From Eledone cirrhosa (lineage: Eukaryota), in contig OZ024762.1 in assembly GCA_964016885.1 (NCBI GenBank), forward strand, positions 28,582,001 through 28,646,000: a DNA stretch of 64,000 bases, read 5' to 3'. Below the pieces are notes generated by a model, which made no database searches, was not told the DNA's origin, and saw only the letters and a program-made list of their open reading frames with translations. Numbering within the stretch: the stretch's first letter is position 1; every line of letters begins with the position of its first letter. A program made the position numbers and the translations under genes. Below are positions 63,909 through 64,000 of this stretch, one piece after another.

Positions 63909-64000
63909 ATGATTATGGAAAATAAATTGACTGAGAAGATTAAATGCAAAACACAATCTAAAGTGTTTAGTATTCCTGGTGAGATGACGAAAGTTGGAGA
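63909..64000 (+). CDS. Start of fourth C2H2 zinc-finger paralog (runs off the window; intactness unknown)
   Basis: [30 protein letters not shown].. is the same leader as 42878. In-frame ATGs at 63909 and 63915. Confidence 0.8.
   Translation, partial: MIMENKLTEKIKCKTQSKVFSIPGEMTKVG

Overview
Eukaryotic, AT-rich, repeat-dense window with no prokaryotic features. It is most likely from an octopod cephalopod; this is inferred from the [11 protein letters not shown]...HTGEKP finger type and the RTE/SINE families, not from a database match. Bases 1-25448 are a 40-bp satellite with layered higher-order repeats. The satellite runs, through a shared AGCTTTTAT, into a 61-bp minisatellite derived from the 3' coding end of an RTE LINE. 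The remainder is a head-to-tail cluster of four paralogous C2H2 zinc-finger gene units, all on +: a pseudogene (28607-29192), a decapitated but open 9-finger array (38782-39531), an intact 19-finger gene (42878-44572) and the start of a fourth (63909->). The units carry shared old TE relics plus unit-specific insertions: a young RTE, tRNA-SINEs, Tc1 DD34E, Merlin, and a Penelope-like element with an inverted LTR. Seven type I hammerhead ribozyme motifs were read by eye. These include a head-to-head pair and two copies of one with an 85-nt stem II. All coordinates were read manually and are approximate at repeat edges.
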